A DNA stretch of 64,000 nucleotides. It comes from an uncultured Clostridia bacterium. Its GTDB lineage: Bacteria; Bacillota; Clostridia; TANB77; CAG-508. Position 1 is the stretch's first letter. The number at the start of each line of letters is the position of its first letter. A program made the position numbers and the translations under genes. Below the pieces are notes generated by a model. That model searched no databases. It was not told where the DNA came from and saw only the letters and a list, made by a program, of their open reading frames with translations. Positions 30,415 to 40,290 of this stretch are shown one piece after another. The DNA is taken from contig CANQYM010000005.1 of NCBI GenBank assembly GCA_947628085.1, forward strand, positions 3,919 to 67,918, in the 5' to 3' direction.

Positions 30415-32457
30415 ATGAATCTTATTGGAAAAATGTTGAATAACAGATATGAGGTTTTAGAAAAAATTGGAAATGGTGGTATGGCAACTGTTTATAAAGC
30501 TAAGTGCCATGTACTAAATAGATATGTTGCTATTAAAATATTAAAAGATGAGTTTACAACAGATAGTGATTTTATAAAGAAATTTAATACAGAAGCTCAA
30601 TCAGCAGCCAGACTTACACATCCAAATATAGTTCAAATTTATGATGTTTGTAATGAAGATAACTTATACTATATTGTAATGGAACTTATACAAGGTAAAA
30701 CATTAAAAGAAATAATAACAGAAGATGGTATTCTTTCTTGGAAATGGTCTGTAAACATTGCAATGCAAATTGCATCAGCACTAGAAACAGCACACAAAAA
30801 CAACATCATACATAGAGATATAAAACCACACAATATAATAATAACAGAAGATGGTATTGCAAAAGTAACAGACTTTGGTATAGCAAAGGCAGTATCAAAC
30901 TCTACTATAACAGCTTTTGGAACAACAATAGGTTCAGTTCACTATTTCTCTCCAGAGCATGCTAGAGGTGGATACACAGATGCAAAATCAGACTTATATT
31001 CTTTAGGAATTGTAATGTATGAAATGCTTACAGGAAAAGTTCCTTTTGATGCAGATACACCAGTGTCTGTTGCATTAAAACAAGTTCAAGAAGAACCAGT
31101 AGATCCTATGAATTATAATCCTAATATACCAATAAGTGTAAATAGAATTATATTAAAAGCAATGCAAAAGGATCCAAACTTTAGATATCAAAATGCAACA
31201 GAAATGCTTAAAGATTTATCATTAGCATTAAAGAAACCAGATGAAGATTTCGTTATTTTAGCTACAAGAAGTGATGATTCACCTACACAAAAAGTTCCTA
31301 CAATATATGAACTTGAAATGGAAAAAAATAATGATAGAAAAGCTCCAAAAATGGGAGAAAATGCTACAACCAAAAAAGAAAATAAAATTAAAGCATTCTA
31401 TTCAAAACATAAATGGGCAAAGCCAGTAACAATTGTTTTAATATCTATACTTGCATTTGTTATTGCAATGTATTCAACAATAGCAATTTTAAATGGAACT
31501 AGACCAAATCAAGTAGAAATTCCAAACGTTTCTGGAGCACAAAATGCTGAAAGAATAAAAAAAGATGAAGCAATTAGTCTTTTAAATAGTTTAGGATTTA
31601 AAGATATTACAGTTGAAGAAGAATATAGTGATGATGTAGAAGAGGGATATGTAATTTCACAATCTCCAGAATATCAAGAAAATTATAAATTTAATTTAAC
31701 ACAAAAAATAAAATTAGTAGTTAGTAAAGGTCAAAAAACAGAAAACTTACCAAAGAAAATCATAGGTAGAGACATTGAAGATGTAAAAAAAGAACTTGAT
31801 GAATTAGAATTAAAATATGAAATAAAAGAAGAAACAAGTGAAAAAGTTGAAAAAGGAATTGTACTTAATGTAGATCCAGAAGAAGGAGAACAAGTAACTG
31901 CAACAACTCTAATAAATCTTACTGTTAGTTCAGGAAGCGCATATAAAGATGTAGTTGTACCTAGCGTTTTAAATGAAACACAAGAAAACGCTGTAAATAG
32001 ATTATCTGAATTAAAACTAATAGTAAATGTTTCTTATGAAGAAGATGCTTCAAAATCTGACGGAATAGTTGTTTCACAAAGTGTTCCATCAGGAAAAACA
32101 TTAAAAGAAGGAGATACAATAGAAGTTGTTGTAAATAAACAACCAACTAGATCAACTTTAACAGTAAATGTAAACTTAAAGTCTTTAATGGGATATACGG
32201 AACCATCTTCAACTGTTCAAAATACAGCAGATGGTAATACATTTACAACAACTCCAGAAATACCAAAAGCAAATGTTGTAATTACAGTTGGAGAAGATAC
32301 AATTTTAAGTGATGCTTATTCAATGACCAAAACAGATATATCTGCTTCACATACTACTTCTGGAGTAAAAGAAGTAAAAGTTAAAGTAGATGGTGTAACA
32401 AAGTATACTCAAACAGTAGACTTCAATAAAGGAAGCCAAACAATTAATGTTAAATAA
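30415..32457 (+). CDS. prkC: Ser/Thr protein kinase with three PASTA repeats
   Basis: The kinase domain has GNGGMATVYKA, HRDIKPHN and DFGIA motifs, followed by a TM helix and three PASTA-like repeats. The protein is 680 aa. Confidence 0.9.
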   Translation: MNLIGKMLNNRYEVLEKIGNGGMATVYKAKCHVLNRYVAIKILKDEFTTDSDFIKKFNTEAQSAARLTHPNIVQIYDVCNEDNLYYIVMELIQGKTLKEIITEDGILSWKWSVNIAMQIASALETAHKNNIIHRDIKPHNIIITEDGIAKVTDFGIAKAVSNSTITAFGTTIGSVHYFSPEHARGGYTDAKSDLYSLGIVMYEMLTGKVPFDADTPVSVALKQVQEEPVDPMNYNPNIPISVNRIILKAMQKDPNFRYQNATEMLKDLSLALKKPDEDFVILATRSDDSPTQKVPTIYELEMEKNNDRKAPKMGENATTKKENKIKAFYSKHKWAKPVTIVLISILAFVIAMYSTIAILNGTRPNQVEIPNVSGAQNAERIKKDEAISLLNSLGFKDITVEEEYSDDVEEGYVISQSPEYQENYKFNLTQKIKLVVSKGQKTENLPKKIIGRDIEDVKKELDELELKYEIKEETSEKVEKGIVLNVDPEEGEQVTATTLINLTVSSGSAYKDVVVPSVLNETQENAVNRLSELKLIVNVSYEEDASKSDGIVVSQSVPSGKTLKEGDTIEVVVNKQPTRSTLTVNVNLKSLMGYTEPSSTVQNTADGNTFTTTPEIPKANVVITVGEDTILSDAYSMTKTDISASHTTSGVKEVKVKVDGVTKYTQTVDFNKGSQTINVK

Positions 32458-32461
32458 GTTA

Positions 32462-32531
32462 AAAGAGGCATTATTTGAACTATAGTCAAAAGATAAAATT
32501 AAAATTAGTTCTAAAAATGCCTCTTATTTTT
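32462..32531 (+). terminator. nested hairpin, putative terminator/attenuator between prkC and rpe
   Basis: An outer 10-bp stem (AAGAGGCATT / AATGCCTCTT) encloses an inner GAACTA/TAGTTC hairpin and is followed by ATTTTTAT. Confidence 0.4.
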
Positions 32532-32545
32532 ATAAAGGAGAAATT

Positions 32546-33208
32546 ATGGTAGAAGTATCAGCATCAATATTAACTTTAGAAAAAGAAAATGCAATAAAAA
32601 TGATGTACAATTTAGAAGCAGGAAAAATAGATTATTTTCACATAGATGTAATGGATGGAAAATTTGTAGAAAAAGATACAACTAAAATAATGAAAGATTA
32701 TGCATTAACTGCTTCACACATTTCTAATTTAGGATTAGATGTGCATCTAATGGTAAAAAATGTAGAAAAATTTATAGATGAATATTCAATGTTAGAACCA
32801 GAAATAATAACATTTCATATAGAAGCTACAAAAAATGAAGAAAGAACGAAGAGTGTTATTGAAGAAATTAAAAATATTGGTTCTAGAGTTGGAATTGCAA
32901 TAAGCCCAGATACGAATATAGATGAAATAAAGCCATATTTACCTTATGTTCATATGGTATTAGTAATGACTGTTGTTCCGGGAAAAGGAGGACAAAAACT
33001 AATACCAGATACTTTAGAAAAAGTAAAAGCTTTAAAAAAATATATTGATGAAAATAACATCGATATAGATATAGAAGTTGATGGTGGAATAAATGATGAA
33101 ACAGCAAATAAAGCAGTAGAGTCTGGTGCAAATATTTTAGTTGCTGGAAACTACTTGATTACTTCTGAAAATATTGGAGAAGCAGTAAAAAAAATAAAAG
33201 AATGCTAA
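32546..33208 (+). CDS. rpe: ribulose-phosphate 3-epimerase
   Basis: SASIL…HIDVMDGKFV…DVHLMV are Rpe motifs. The protein is 220 aa. Confidence 0.8.
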   Translation: MVEVSASILTLEKENAIKMMYNLEAGKIDYFHIDVMDGKFVEKDTTKIMKDYALTASHISNLGLDVHLMVKNVEKFIDEYSMLEPEIITFHIEATKNEERTKSVIEEIKNIGSRVGIAISPDTNIDEIKPYLPYVHMVLVMTVVPGKGGQKLIPDTLEKVKALKKYIDENNIDIDIEVDGGINDETANKAVESGANILVAGNYLITSENIGEAVKKIKEC

Positions 33209-33279
33209 CAATATAAATATCGAAAGCAAAAGAAAAAAATAAAATATAATAAAAAATAAAATAAAAAGGGAGGTTTGTT

Positions 33280-34638
33280 ATGAAAAAAGTAACAAAAATT
33301 GTAGTAATTTTAGCTATTGCTATTTTATTTGCATCAAATATGGCATTTGCAATTGAAAACCCAAATTTAAATATTGTATTTGATCAAACAGCATTAGAAG
33401 AATTACAAAATTCAGAAGATCAAGATGCATCACTTATAGATATAGAAAATGGCATTATGCCTATATCTGAAGATGCACTTGAAAATGGAGAAGAAAATCC
33501 AATACCAGAGGAATGGTTAAGAGATGTTGAAACAGAAGACGACTTAGAACCACAAGTAGGAGATATGTTTAAAACAGAAGAAAATTTAAAAATTGAAAAA
33601 ACTGTTTATGGTGATGTATTTGTTATTGCAAAATCACTTGAAATTACTTCAGATGCCGTAATAGATGGAAATGTATTTATTATTGCAGAAGACCTTAAAA
33701 TTTCAGGAACAGTATATTCTTATGTATATGCTGTGGCAAACAACATAGAAGTTAGCGGAACAGTAAATGGTATGTATGCAGTTGCAAAAAATAAAATTAC
33801 TATAGCAGAAGGCGCAGAAGTATACAAAGATCTAAAAATAGCAGGAAAAGATATTGATATAAATGGTGTGGTAGATCGTAATATTTTAACTATGTCAGAA
33901 AATATTAATATTGGTGAAAACTCAGCAATATATGGAAAACTTACTTATAGCGGAAATTTAGAAGGAAACAAAGATGCAATATATGGTGAAACAGTTAAAT
34001 ATGAAATATCAAATGGAGAAGAAAAAGAAGAGCCATCTACTAAAGAAATTATTATAGCGGATATTATAGATGTAGCTGTTAAAGCTGTTATTGCTTTAAT
34101 ATTTATTGCTTTAATTGTGGGTATTTCAAAATCAAATAAATCAAAATTTGATACTATGAAACCAATAGATTATATTAAAGACTTATTTATAGGACTTTTA
34201 TTTATAATTATTGTACCTATTGTATCTATAATATTGATGTTTACTTTAATAGGATTACCATTTGCATTAATAATATTAGCTCTATATGTAATAGTTCTTT
34301 ACCTTGCTTTAACATTTTTATCATTTGAAATTGCAAAAGCAATTTTAAAAGAATCAAATTCAAAAGTAAACATTATTGGTGTTGCATTACTAGTTTATAT
34401 AGGTTTAGAAATACTTTCTTTAATACCAGGATGTGGTGGCTTAATAAGATTCCTTGCTATTTTACTAGGAATTTCTGCTGAATTAAAAATATTTAAGAAA
34501 AACAAAGAAGAAAAGACTCTAGAAGTAGTAAAAGTTACAGAAAGCAAAGTAGAAGAGAAAAAAGAGTTAGAAGATAAAACAGAAAATAAAGAAGAAGTTA
34601 AAGAAGAATCTAAAGATGAAAATGAAACAAAAGAATAA
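33280..34638 (+). CDS. membrane protein with extracytoplasmic beta-helix-like repeat domain (bactofilin/DUF4097-like), four C-terminal TM helices and a K/E-rich tail
   Basis: It has a signal peptide (MKKVTKIVVILAIAILFASNMAFA), an acidic linker, then repeats of the form GDVFVIA…DGNVFIIAED…SGTV…SGTVNG. Four TM helices and a charged tail (EEKKELEDKTENKEEVKEESKDENETKE) follow. Confidence 0.4.
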   Translation: MKKVTKIVVILAIAILFASNMAFAIENPNLNIVFDQTALEELQNSEDQDASLIDIENGIMPISEDALENGEENPIPEEWLRDVETEDDLEPQVGDMFKTEENLKIEKTVYGDVFVIAKSLEITSDAVIDGNVFIIAEDLKISGTVYSYVYAVANNIEVSGTVNGMYAVAKNKITIAEGAEVYKDLKIAGKDIDINGVVDRNILTMSENINIGENSAIYGKLTYSGNLEGNKDAIYGETVKYEISNGEEKEEPSTKEIIIADIIDVAVKAVIALIFIALIVGISKSNKSKFDTMKPIDYIKDLFIGLLFIIIVPIVSIILMFTLIGLPFALIILALYVIVLYLALTFLSFEIAKAILKESNSKVNIIGVALLVYIGLEILSLIPGCGGLIRFLAILLGISAELKIFKKNKEEKTLEVVKVTESKVEEKKELEDKTENKEEVKEESKDENETKE

Positions 34639-34712
34639 AAATAAAAAGTATAATTATAATTATAAAAAATTAGTAAAAAGAATAAACTAAAAAATATTAT
34701 AATAGGATTAAT

Positions 34713-35346
34713 ATGAAAAGTAAAAAAGAAGCAATAGAAATAATAAAAATTTTAAAAGATTATTATAAAGATGCAACTTGTAGTTTGAATTTTTCAACAC
34801 CATTTGAGATGCTAATTTCAGTTATTCTCTCTGCGCAATGCACAGATGAAAGAGTAAATAAAACAACACCAGACCTATTTCAAAAATATGGAACACCTCA
34901 AAAAATGGCAGATGCAGAAATAAAAGATATTGAAAAAATAATTCATCCATGTGGATTCTATAAAAATAAATCAAAAAGCATAAAAGAATGTAGCAAAATG
35001 ATTGTAGAAAAATTTAATCGGTAAAGTACCAGAAACCATGGAAGAATTGCAAAGTTTGCCAGGTGTTGGAAGAAAAACTGCTAATGTTGTTATGTTAGAA
35101 GCTTTTCATAATCCACAAGGAATTGCTGTTGATACTCATGCAAAAAGAATATCAAATAAAGTAGGACTTTCAAATAAAGCAGAGCCAGAAAAAATAGAAC
35201 AAGATTTATTAAAACAAATTCCAAAAGAGTTTTATTATGATGTAAATCATCTATTAGTATGGCATGGAAGAAACATTTGCAGTGCAAGAAATCCAAAATG
35301 TGATAATTGTCCTATAAATAAATATTGTGATTCTTATAAAAAATAA
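34713..35346 (+). pseudogene. nth: endonuclease III (Nth), split by +1 frameshift in this sequence
   Basis: ORF 34713-35024 encodes the HhH N-terminal half. ORF 35038-35346 encodes the C-terminal half, including the [4Fe-4S] CX6CX2CX5C cluster (CSARNPKCDNCPINKYC). Deleting C35019 (AAT-c-GGT) gives …[25 protein letters not shown]…, a continuous roughly 211-aa Nth. Confidence 0.8.
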
Positions 35347-35352
35347 AATAAG

Positions 35353-35393
35353 AAAGCTCAAGTATTAATAAATATTTGAGCTTATTTATTTTT
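35353..35393 (+). terminator. rho-independent terminator after nth
   Basis: The hairpin AAGCTCAAGTATT…AATATTTGAGCTT is followed by ATTTATTTTT. Confidence 0.55.
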
Positions 35394-35479
35394 ACCCTTA
35401 ATTTCAATTGACTTTAAATTAATATTTTTATATAATGCATACGTGATTGAAATTAATTTTTAGGAGGAAATAAAAACAT

Positions 35480-36472
35480 ATGAACTTTATAGAAACTATT
35501 AAAGAAAGAGCAAGAAACAATATTAAAAAAATTGTTTTACCAGAGGCTTCAGATTTAAGAACAATTAAGGCAGCAGAAATTGCATTAAAAGAAAAATATG
35601 CAGAAATTGTTTTAATAGGAAATAAAGAAAAAGTACTAAAGTTAGCAGAAGAAAACAATGTAGATATATCAAATGCAACAATAGTAGATCCTTTAAGTTC
35701 TGAAAAAAGAGAAAACTACGCAAATGAATTATACGAATTAAGAAAAGCAAAAGGAATGACTTTAGAACAAGCAGATGAGCTTATAAAAGATGAAGTATAT
35801 TTTGGAATGATGATGGTCAAAATGGGAGATGGCGATGGACTAGTATCAGGAGCTATTCACTCATCATCAGATACTTTAAGACCAGCACTTCAAATTTTAA
35901 AAACTGCACCAGGAACTAAACTTGTTTCAGCATTCTTTTTAATGGTTGTTCCAAACTGTGAGTATGGAGAAAATGGAGTTTTTGTTTTTGGAGATTGTGG
36001 ATTAAATCAAAATCCAACAGCTGAGGAATTAGCAGAAATAGCACATTCTTCTAAAGAAAGTTTCGAACATTTAGTAGGAAAAGAATCTAGAGTTGCTATG
36101 CTTTCTTATTCTACAAAAGGAAGTGCTAAATCAGACCTTACACAAAAAGTTATTGATGCAACAAATATGGTAAAAGAAAGATATCCAGAAATTAAAGTAG
36201 ATGGAGAACTACAATTAGATTCAGCAATAATTCCAGAAGTTGCTAAAAGTAAAGCACCAGATAGCACAATTGCAGGATATGCAAATACATTAATATTTCC
36301 AGATTTAAATGCAGGAAATATTGGATATAAATTAACTCAAAGATTAGCAAAAGCAGAAGCATATGGACCTCTTTGCCAAGGAATAGCAAGACCAGTAAAT
36401 GATTTATCAAGAGGATGCTCAGCAGAAGATATAGCAGGTGTTATAGCAATAACTGCTGTTCAAGCACAATAA
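35480..36472 (+). CDS. pta: phosphate acetyltransferase
   Basis: The 330-aa protein is class-I Pta similar along its whole length (…GNIGYKLTQRLAKAEAYGPLCQGIARPVNDLSRG…) and lies upstream of ackA. Confidence 0.9.
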   Translation: MNFIETIKERARNNIKKIVLPEASDLRTIKAAEIALKEKYAEIVLIGNKEKVLKLAEENNVDISNATIVDPLSSEKRENYANELYELRKAKGMTLEQADELIKDEVYFGMMMVKMGDGDGLVSGAIHSSSDTLRPALQILKTAPGTKLVSAFFLMVVPNCEYGENGVFVFGDCGLNQNPTAEELAEIAHSSKESFEHLVGKESRVAMLSYSTKGSAKSDLTQKVIDATNMVKERYPEIKVDGELQLDSAIIPEVAKSKAPDSTIAGYANTLIFPDLNAGNIGYKLTQRLAKAEAYGPLCQGIARPVNDLSRGCSAEDIAGVIAITAVQAQ

Positions 36473-36547
36473 AGAGCTTTATTTTAAGTTATTACTTAAA
36501 GTACAAATGAATATAATGAAAATATATTAAACTTTGGGAGGAATAAA

Positions 36548-37747
36548 ATGAAAATCTTAGTAGTAAATTGTGGAAGTTCATCACTAAAATATCAATTAAT
36601 AGATATGCAAGATGAAAAACTTCTAGCAAAAGGAAATTTTGAAAGAATAGGAGAAAAAGAAGCATTTGTTACACATAAAGTTGGAGGAGAAAAATATGTA
36701 ATAAAATCTCCTGTAATGAATCATGAAGAAGCTTTAAAAATTGTTCTTGAACAACTAGTTCATAAAGATTATGGTGTTATAAAAAATTTATCAGAAATTT
36801 CAGCAGTAGGACATAGATTAGTTCATGGTGGAGAGATATTTGATAAATCTGTTATTATAGATGAAGATGTAATTGAAAAATATGCTTCTTGTTCTAGTTT
36901 AGCACCACTTCATAATCCAGCAACAATACTTGGAATAAGGGCATGTCAAAAAGCAATGCCAGGAATTCCAATGGTTGGAGTATTCGATACAGCTTTTCAT
37001 CAAACAATGCCAAAAGAAAATTATTTATATCCTATTCCTTATGAATATTATGAAAAATATGGAATAAGAAAATATGGATTTCATGGAACATCTCATCAAT
37101 ATGTATCAAAAAGATGTGCTGAATTAGTTGGAAAACCAATTGAAAAATTAAAAATAGTAACTTGTCATTTAGGACAAGGTGCATCAATTTGTGCAATAGA
37201 TGGAGGAAAATCTATTAATACTTCTATGGGACTTTCACCTTTAGGAGGAATAGCAATGGTTACTCGTTCAGGAGACTTAGATCCATCAGTTGTTACAGAA
37301 ATAATGGAAAGAGAAAACTTAACTCCTAAAGAAGTAAATACTCTTTTAAATAAAAAATCTGGACTATACGGAATAACAGGGTTAAATCCAGACTTTAGAG
37401 AAATAGAACTTGCATCTTATGAAGATGACAAACCAAAAGCAAAAGTTGCAATAGAATTATTTACCAAAACAATAGCTGAATTTGTTGCAAAATATGCTGT
37501 ATCTTTAAAAGGAATAGATTGTCTAGTGTTTACTGGAGGTATTGGAGAAAATCAAATAAATATTAGAAAAAAAATATGTGAAGACTTAGAATGGATGGGA
37601 GTAAAATTAGATCTAGAAAAAAATAATGTAAGAAGTGAAGAAAGAAAAATTTCAACAGAAGATTCTAAAATACTAACTTATATAATTCCAACAGATGAAG
37701 AAATGGTTATTGCAAGAGATACAAAATCATTAGTAGAAAGTTTATAA
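36548..37747 (+). CDS. ackA: acetate kinase
   Basis: The protein starts MKILVVNCGSSSLKYQL and has the VGHRLVHGG, AFHQTMP, HGTSHQY and E384-equivalent catalytic residues. It is 399 aa. Confidence 0.9.
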   Translation: MKILVVNCGSSSLKYQLIDMQDEKLLAKGNFERIGEKEAFVTHKVGGEKYVIKSPVMNHEEALKIVLEQLVHKDYGVIKNLSEISAVGHRLVHGGEIFDKSVIIDEDVIEKYASCSSLAPLHNPATILGIRACQKAMPGIPMVGVFDTAFHQTMPKENYLYPIPYEYYEKYGIRKYGFHGTSHQYVSKRCAELVGKPIEKLKIVTCHLGQGASICAIDGGKSINTSMGLSPLGGIAMVTRSGDLDPSVVTEIMERENLTPKEVNTLLNKKSGLYGITGLNPDFREIELASYEDDKPKAKVAIELFTKTIAEFVAKYAVSLKGIDCLVFTGGIGENQINIRKKICEDLEWMGVKLDLEKNNVRSEERKISTEDSKILTYIIPTDEEMVIARDTKSLVESL

Positions 37748-37776
37748 AATATTTAAATTTATAGGGGGAAGTTCTT

Positions 37777-38976
37777 ATGAAAGTATTAGTATTAAACTGT
37801 GGAAGCTCATCTTTAAAATGTCAGTTAATAGACATGGAAAAAAACGAAAGAATAATGAAAGGTCATTATGATAGAATAGGTGGTTCAAGATCATCACTTA
37901 GATTTAATGTAAGAGGCAATAAAACAGTTATTGAACACCCTGCTAGAGACTTTGAAGAAGCAATATCAGAAATTTTAAATCTATTAGTAAGCAAAGAATT
38001 TGGAGCAATTGAAAGCTTTGATGAAATTGGAGCAGTAGGACATAGAATAGTTCATGGTGGTGAAAAATTTAAGAATTCAGTTCTTATAGATGATGAAGTT
38101 ATTAAAGCAATTGAAGATTGTGTTACTCTAGCACCACTTCATAATCCAGCTGGACTTGCTGGAATAGATGCTTGTAGAAAATTATTACCAAATACCCCAA
38201 TGGTAGCTGTATTTGATACATCTTTCCATCAAACTATGGAAGAAAAAGCATTTATTTATCAATTGCCATATAAATATTATGAAGACTATAAAATTAGAAA
38301 ATATGGTTTTCATGGAATATCACATAGATATGTAGCAGGAAGAATAGCAGAGTTGCTACATAACGAACATTTAAAAGTAATAAATTGCCATTTAGGACAA
38401 GGTGCATCACTTTGTGCAATAAAAGATGGAAAATCTGTAGATACTACTATGGGATTAACACCTCTTGCTGGAATACCAATGGGAACAAGATCTGGAGATG
38501 TTGATCCATCTATTATTCCAACAGTAATGAAACTATATGATATAAAACCAGATGAAATGCTTAGAATATTAAATAAAGAATCAGGAGCATGGGGCGTATC
38601 TGGAGTTTCAACAGATTTTAGAGATATTGAAAGAACTGCAGCAGCAGGAGATGAAAGATCAATATTAGCTCTAGAAAGTAGAGCATACATAATTGCCCAA
38701 TATATTGCAAAATTTATAGTTACTTTAAATGGTGTTGATGTTATTACTTTTGCTGGTGGTGTAGGTGAAAATGGTTTCGAAGAAAGAGAAAGAATTTGTA
38801 ATTATCTAGAATGTTTTGGTATTAAACTAGATAAGGAAAAAAATAAAATAAGAGGAGAAGAAGCTGAAATTTCAGCAGACAACTCAAAAGCAAAAATATA
38901 TATTGTACCAACAAACGAAGAAATATTAATAGCACAAGATACTTATGAATTAGCTAAAAAGGTAAAAAATAAATAA
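37777..38976 (+). CDS. acetate/propionate kinase family paralog 2
   Basis: The protein starts MKVLVLNCGSSSLKCQL. It is 399 aa, retains all catalytic residues (N7, R91, H180, R241, E384 equivalents), and is about 45% identical to ackA. Confidence 0.8.
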   Translation: MKVLVLNCGSSSLKCQLIDMEKNERIMKGHYDRIGGSRSSLRFNVRGNKTVIEHPARDFEEAISEILNLLVSKEFGAIESFDEIGAVGHRIVHGGEKFKNSVLIDDEVIKAIEDCVTLAPLHNPAGLAGIDACRKLLPNTPMVAVFDTSFHQTMEEKAFIYQLPYKYYEDYKIRKYGFHGISHRYVAGRIAELLHNEHLKVINCHLGQGASLCAIKDGKSVDTTMGLTPLAGIPMGTRSGDVDPSIIPTVMKLYDIKPDEMLRILNKESGAWGVSGVSTDFRDIERTAAAGDERSILALESRAYIIAQYIAKFIVTLNGVDVITFAGGVGENGFEERERICNYLECFGIKLDKEKNKIRGEEAEISADNSKAKIYIVPTNEEILIAQDTYELAKKVKNK

Positions 38977-39070
38977 TATTAAATTTTATTAAAAGATAAT
39001 TTAATATATGAATTAATTATGATATTTCTAAAAGTCAATATAAAATAAGCTTTTTAAAGAAAGGATTTTT

Positions 39071-40258
39071 ATGAAAATATTAGTTTTAAATTGCGGTAGT
39101 TCTTCACTAAAATTTCAACTTATAGATATGAAAAATGAAGAAACAATGGCAAAAGGAAATTTTGAAAGAATAGGTGGAATGAAAACAACTCTTAAATTAA
39201 ATGTAAGAGGAAAAAAAGAGGAATTACTTCACATAGCAAGAGATTTTGATGAAGCAATTGAATTTGTTTTAGAAGTTTTACAAAAGCCAGAATATAAATT
39301 AATAAAAAATTTAAAGGAAATTAAAGCAGTAGGACACAGAATTGTTCATGGCGGAGAAATGTTTAGTTCTTCTGTTTTAATAAATGATGAAGTTATAGAA
39401 GAAATAGAAAAATGCATTGACTTAGCTCCACTTCATAATCCAGCTGGAGTTGCAGGAATAAAAGCAGCTAGAAAAGTTTTACCAAATGTTCCAATGGTTG
39501 CAGTTTTCGACACAGCATTTCATCAAACTATGGAGCCTAAAGCTTATGTATATCAAATACCATATAGATATTATACAAGCTATAAAATTCGTAAATATGG
39601 TTTTCATGGAACAAGTCACAAATATGTAGCTCAAAGAATTTGTGAATTAGAAGGAAAAAACAAAAAATTAATAAATTGCCATTTAGGACAAGGTGCATCA
39701 CTTTGTGCAATAAAAGATGGAAAATCTATAGACACATCTATGGGATTAACACCTCTTGCAGGAATTCCTATGGCAACAAGATGTGGGGATATAGACCCTG
39801 CAATAATACCATATATTATGAAAAGAGATAATTTAGGACCAGAAGATATAGAAGAAGTTCTAAATAAGCAATCAGGAGCATGGGGCGTATCTGGAGTTTC
39901 AACGGACTTTAAAGATATTGAAGACGGATATAATATGGGAGACCAGAGATCTATTTTAACTTTAGATAACCAAGCATATAAAATTGCACAATATATAGGA
40001 GAATATATGATATCTCTTGGCGGATTAGATGTTTTAACTTTTGCTGGTGGAGTTGGAGAAAACGGAATAGAAACAAGAGAAAGAGTTTGCAAATATTTAG
40101 AACCTTTTGGAGCTAAATTAGATTTAAAAGCAAATAAAGTAAGAGGAAAAGAAGTTTGCATTTCTGCTCCAGATTCTAAAATAAAAATTTATGTTATTCC
40201 AACAAATGAAGAATTAATGATAGCAAAAGAAACTTATGAAATTGTAAATAATAAGTAA
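39071..40258 (+). CDS. acetate/propionate kinase family paralog 3
   Basis: The protein starts MKILVLNCGSSSLKFQL and is 395 aa. It is most similar to paralog 2 (SGAWGVSGVSTDF[KR]DIE, NCHLGQGASLCAIKDGKS). Confidence 0.8.
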   Translation: MKILVLNCGSSSLKFQLIDMKNEETMAKGNFERIGGMKTTLKLNVRGKKEELLHIARDFDEAIEFVLEVLQKPEYKLIKNLKEIKAVGHRIVHGGEMFSSSVLINDEVIEEIEKCIDLAPLHNPAGVAGIKAARKVLPNVPMVAVFDTAFHQTMEPKAYVYQIPYRYYTSYKIRKYGFHGTSHKYVAQRICELEGKNKKLINCHLGQGASLCAIKDGKSIDTSMGLTPLAGIPMATRCGDIDPAIIPYIMKRDNLGPEDIEEVLNKQSGAWGVSGVSTDFKDIEDGYNMGDQRSILTLDNQAYKIAQYIGEYMISLGGLDVLTFAGGVGENGIETRERVCKYLEPFGAKLDLKANKVRGKEVCISAPDSKIKIYVIPTNEELMIAKETYEIVNNK

Positions 40259-40290
40259 AGAGAATTGTTTTTACAATTCTCTTTTTTATT
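40257..40290. terminator. bidirectional rho-independent terminator between convergent ack paralog 3 and rqcH
   Basis: The hairpin AAGAGAATTGT-TTTT-ACAATTCTCTT is followed by TTTTTTATTTT, and the reverse complement is also T-rich. Confidence 0.7.

Noticed and set aside
36548-40258. Annotating acetate-kinase paralogs 2 and 3 as butyrate kinase (buk).
   Set aside because: Buk proteins are about 355 aa and start MxxILVINPGSTSTK. These are 395-399 aa with the AckA-type N-terminus (LNCGSSSLK) and AckA-specific motifs, so they belong to the acetate/propionate kinase branch.
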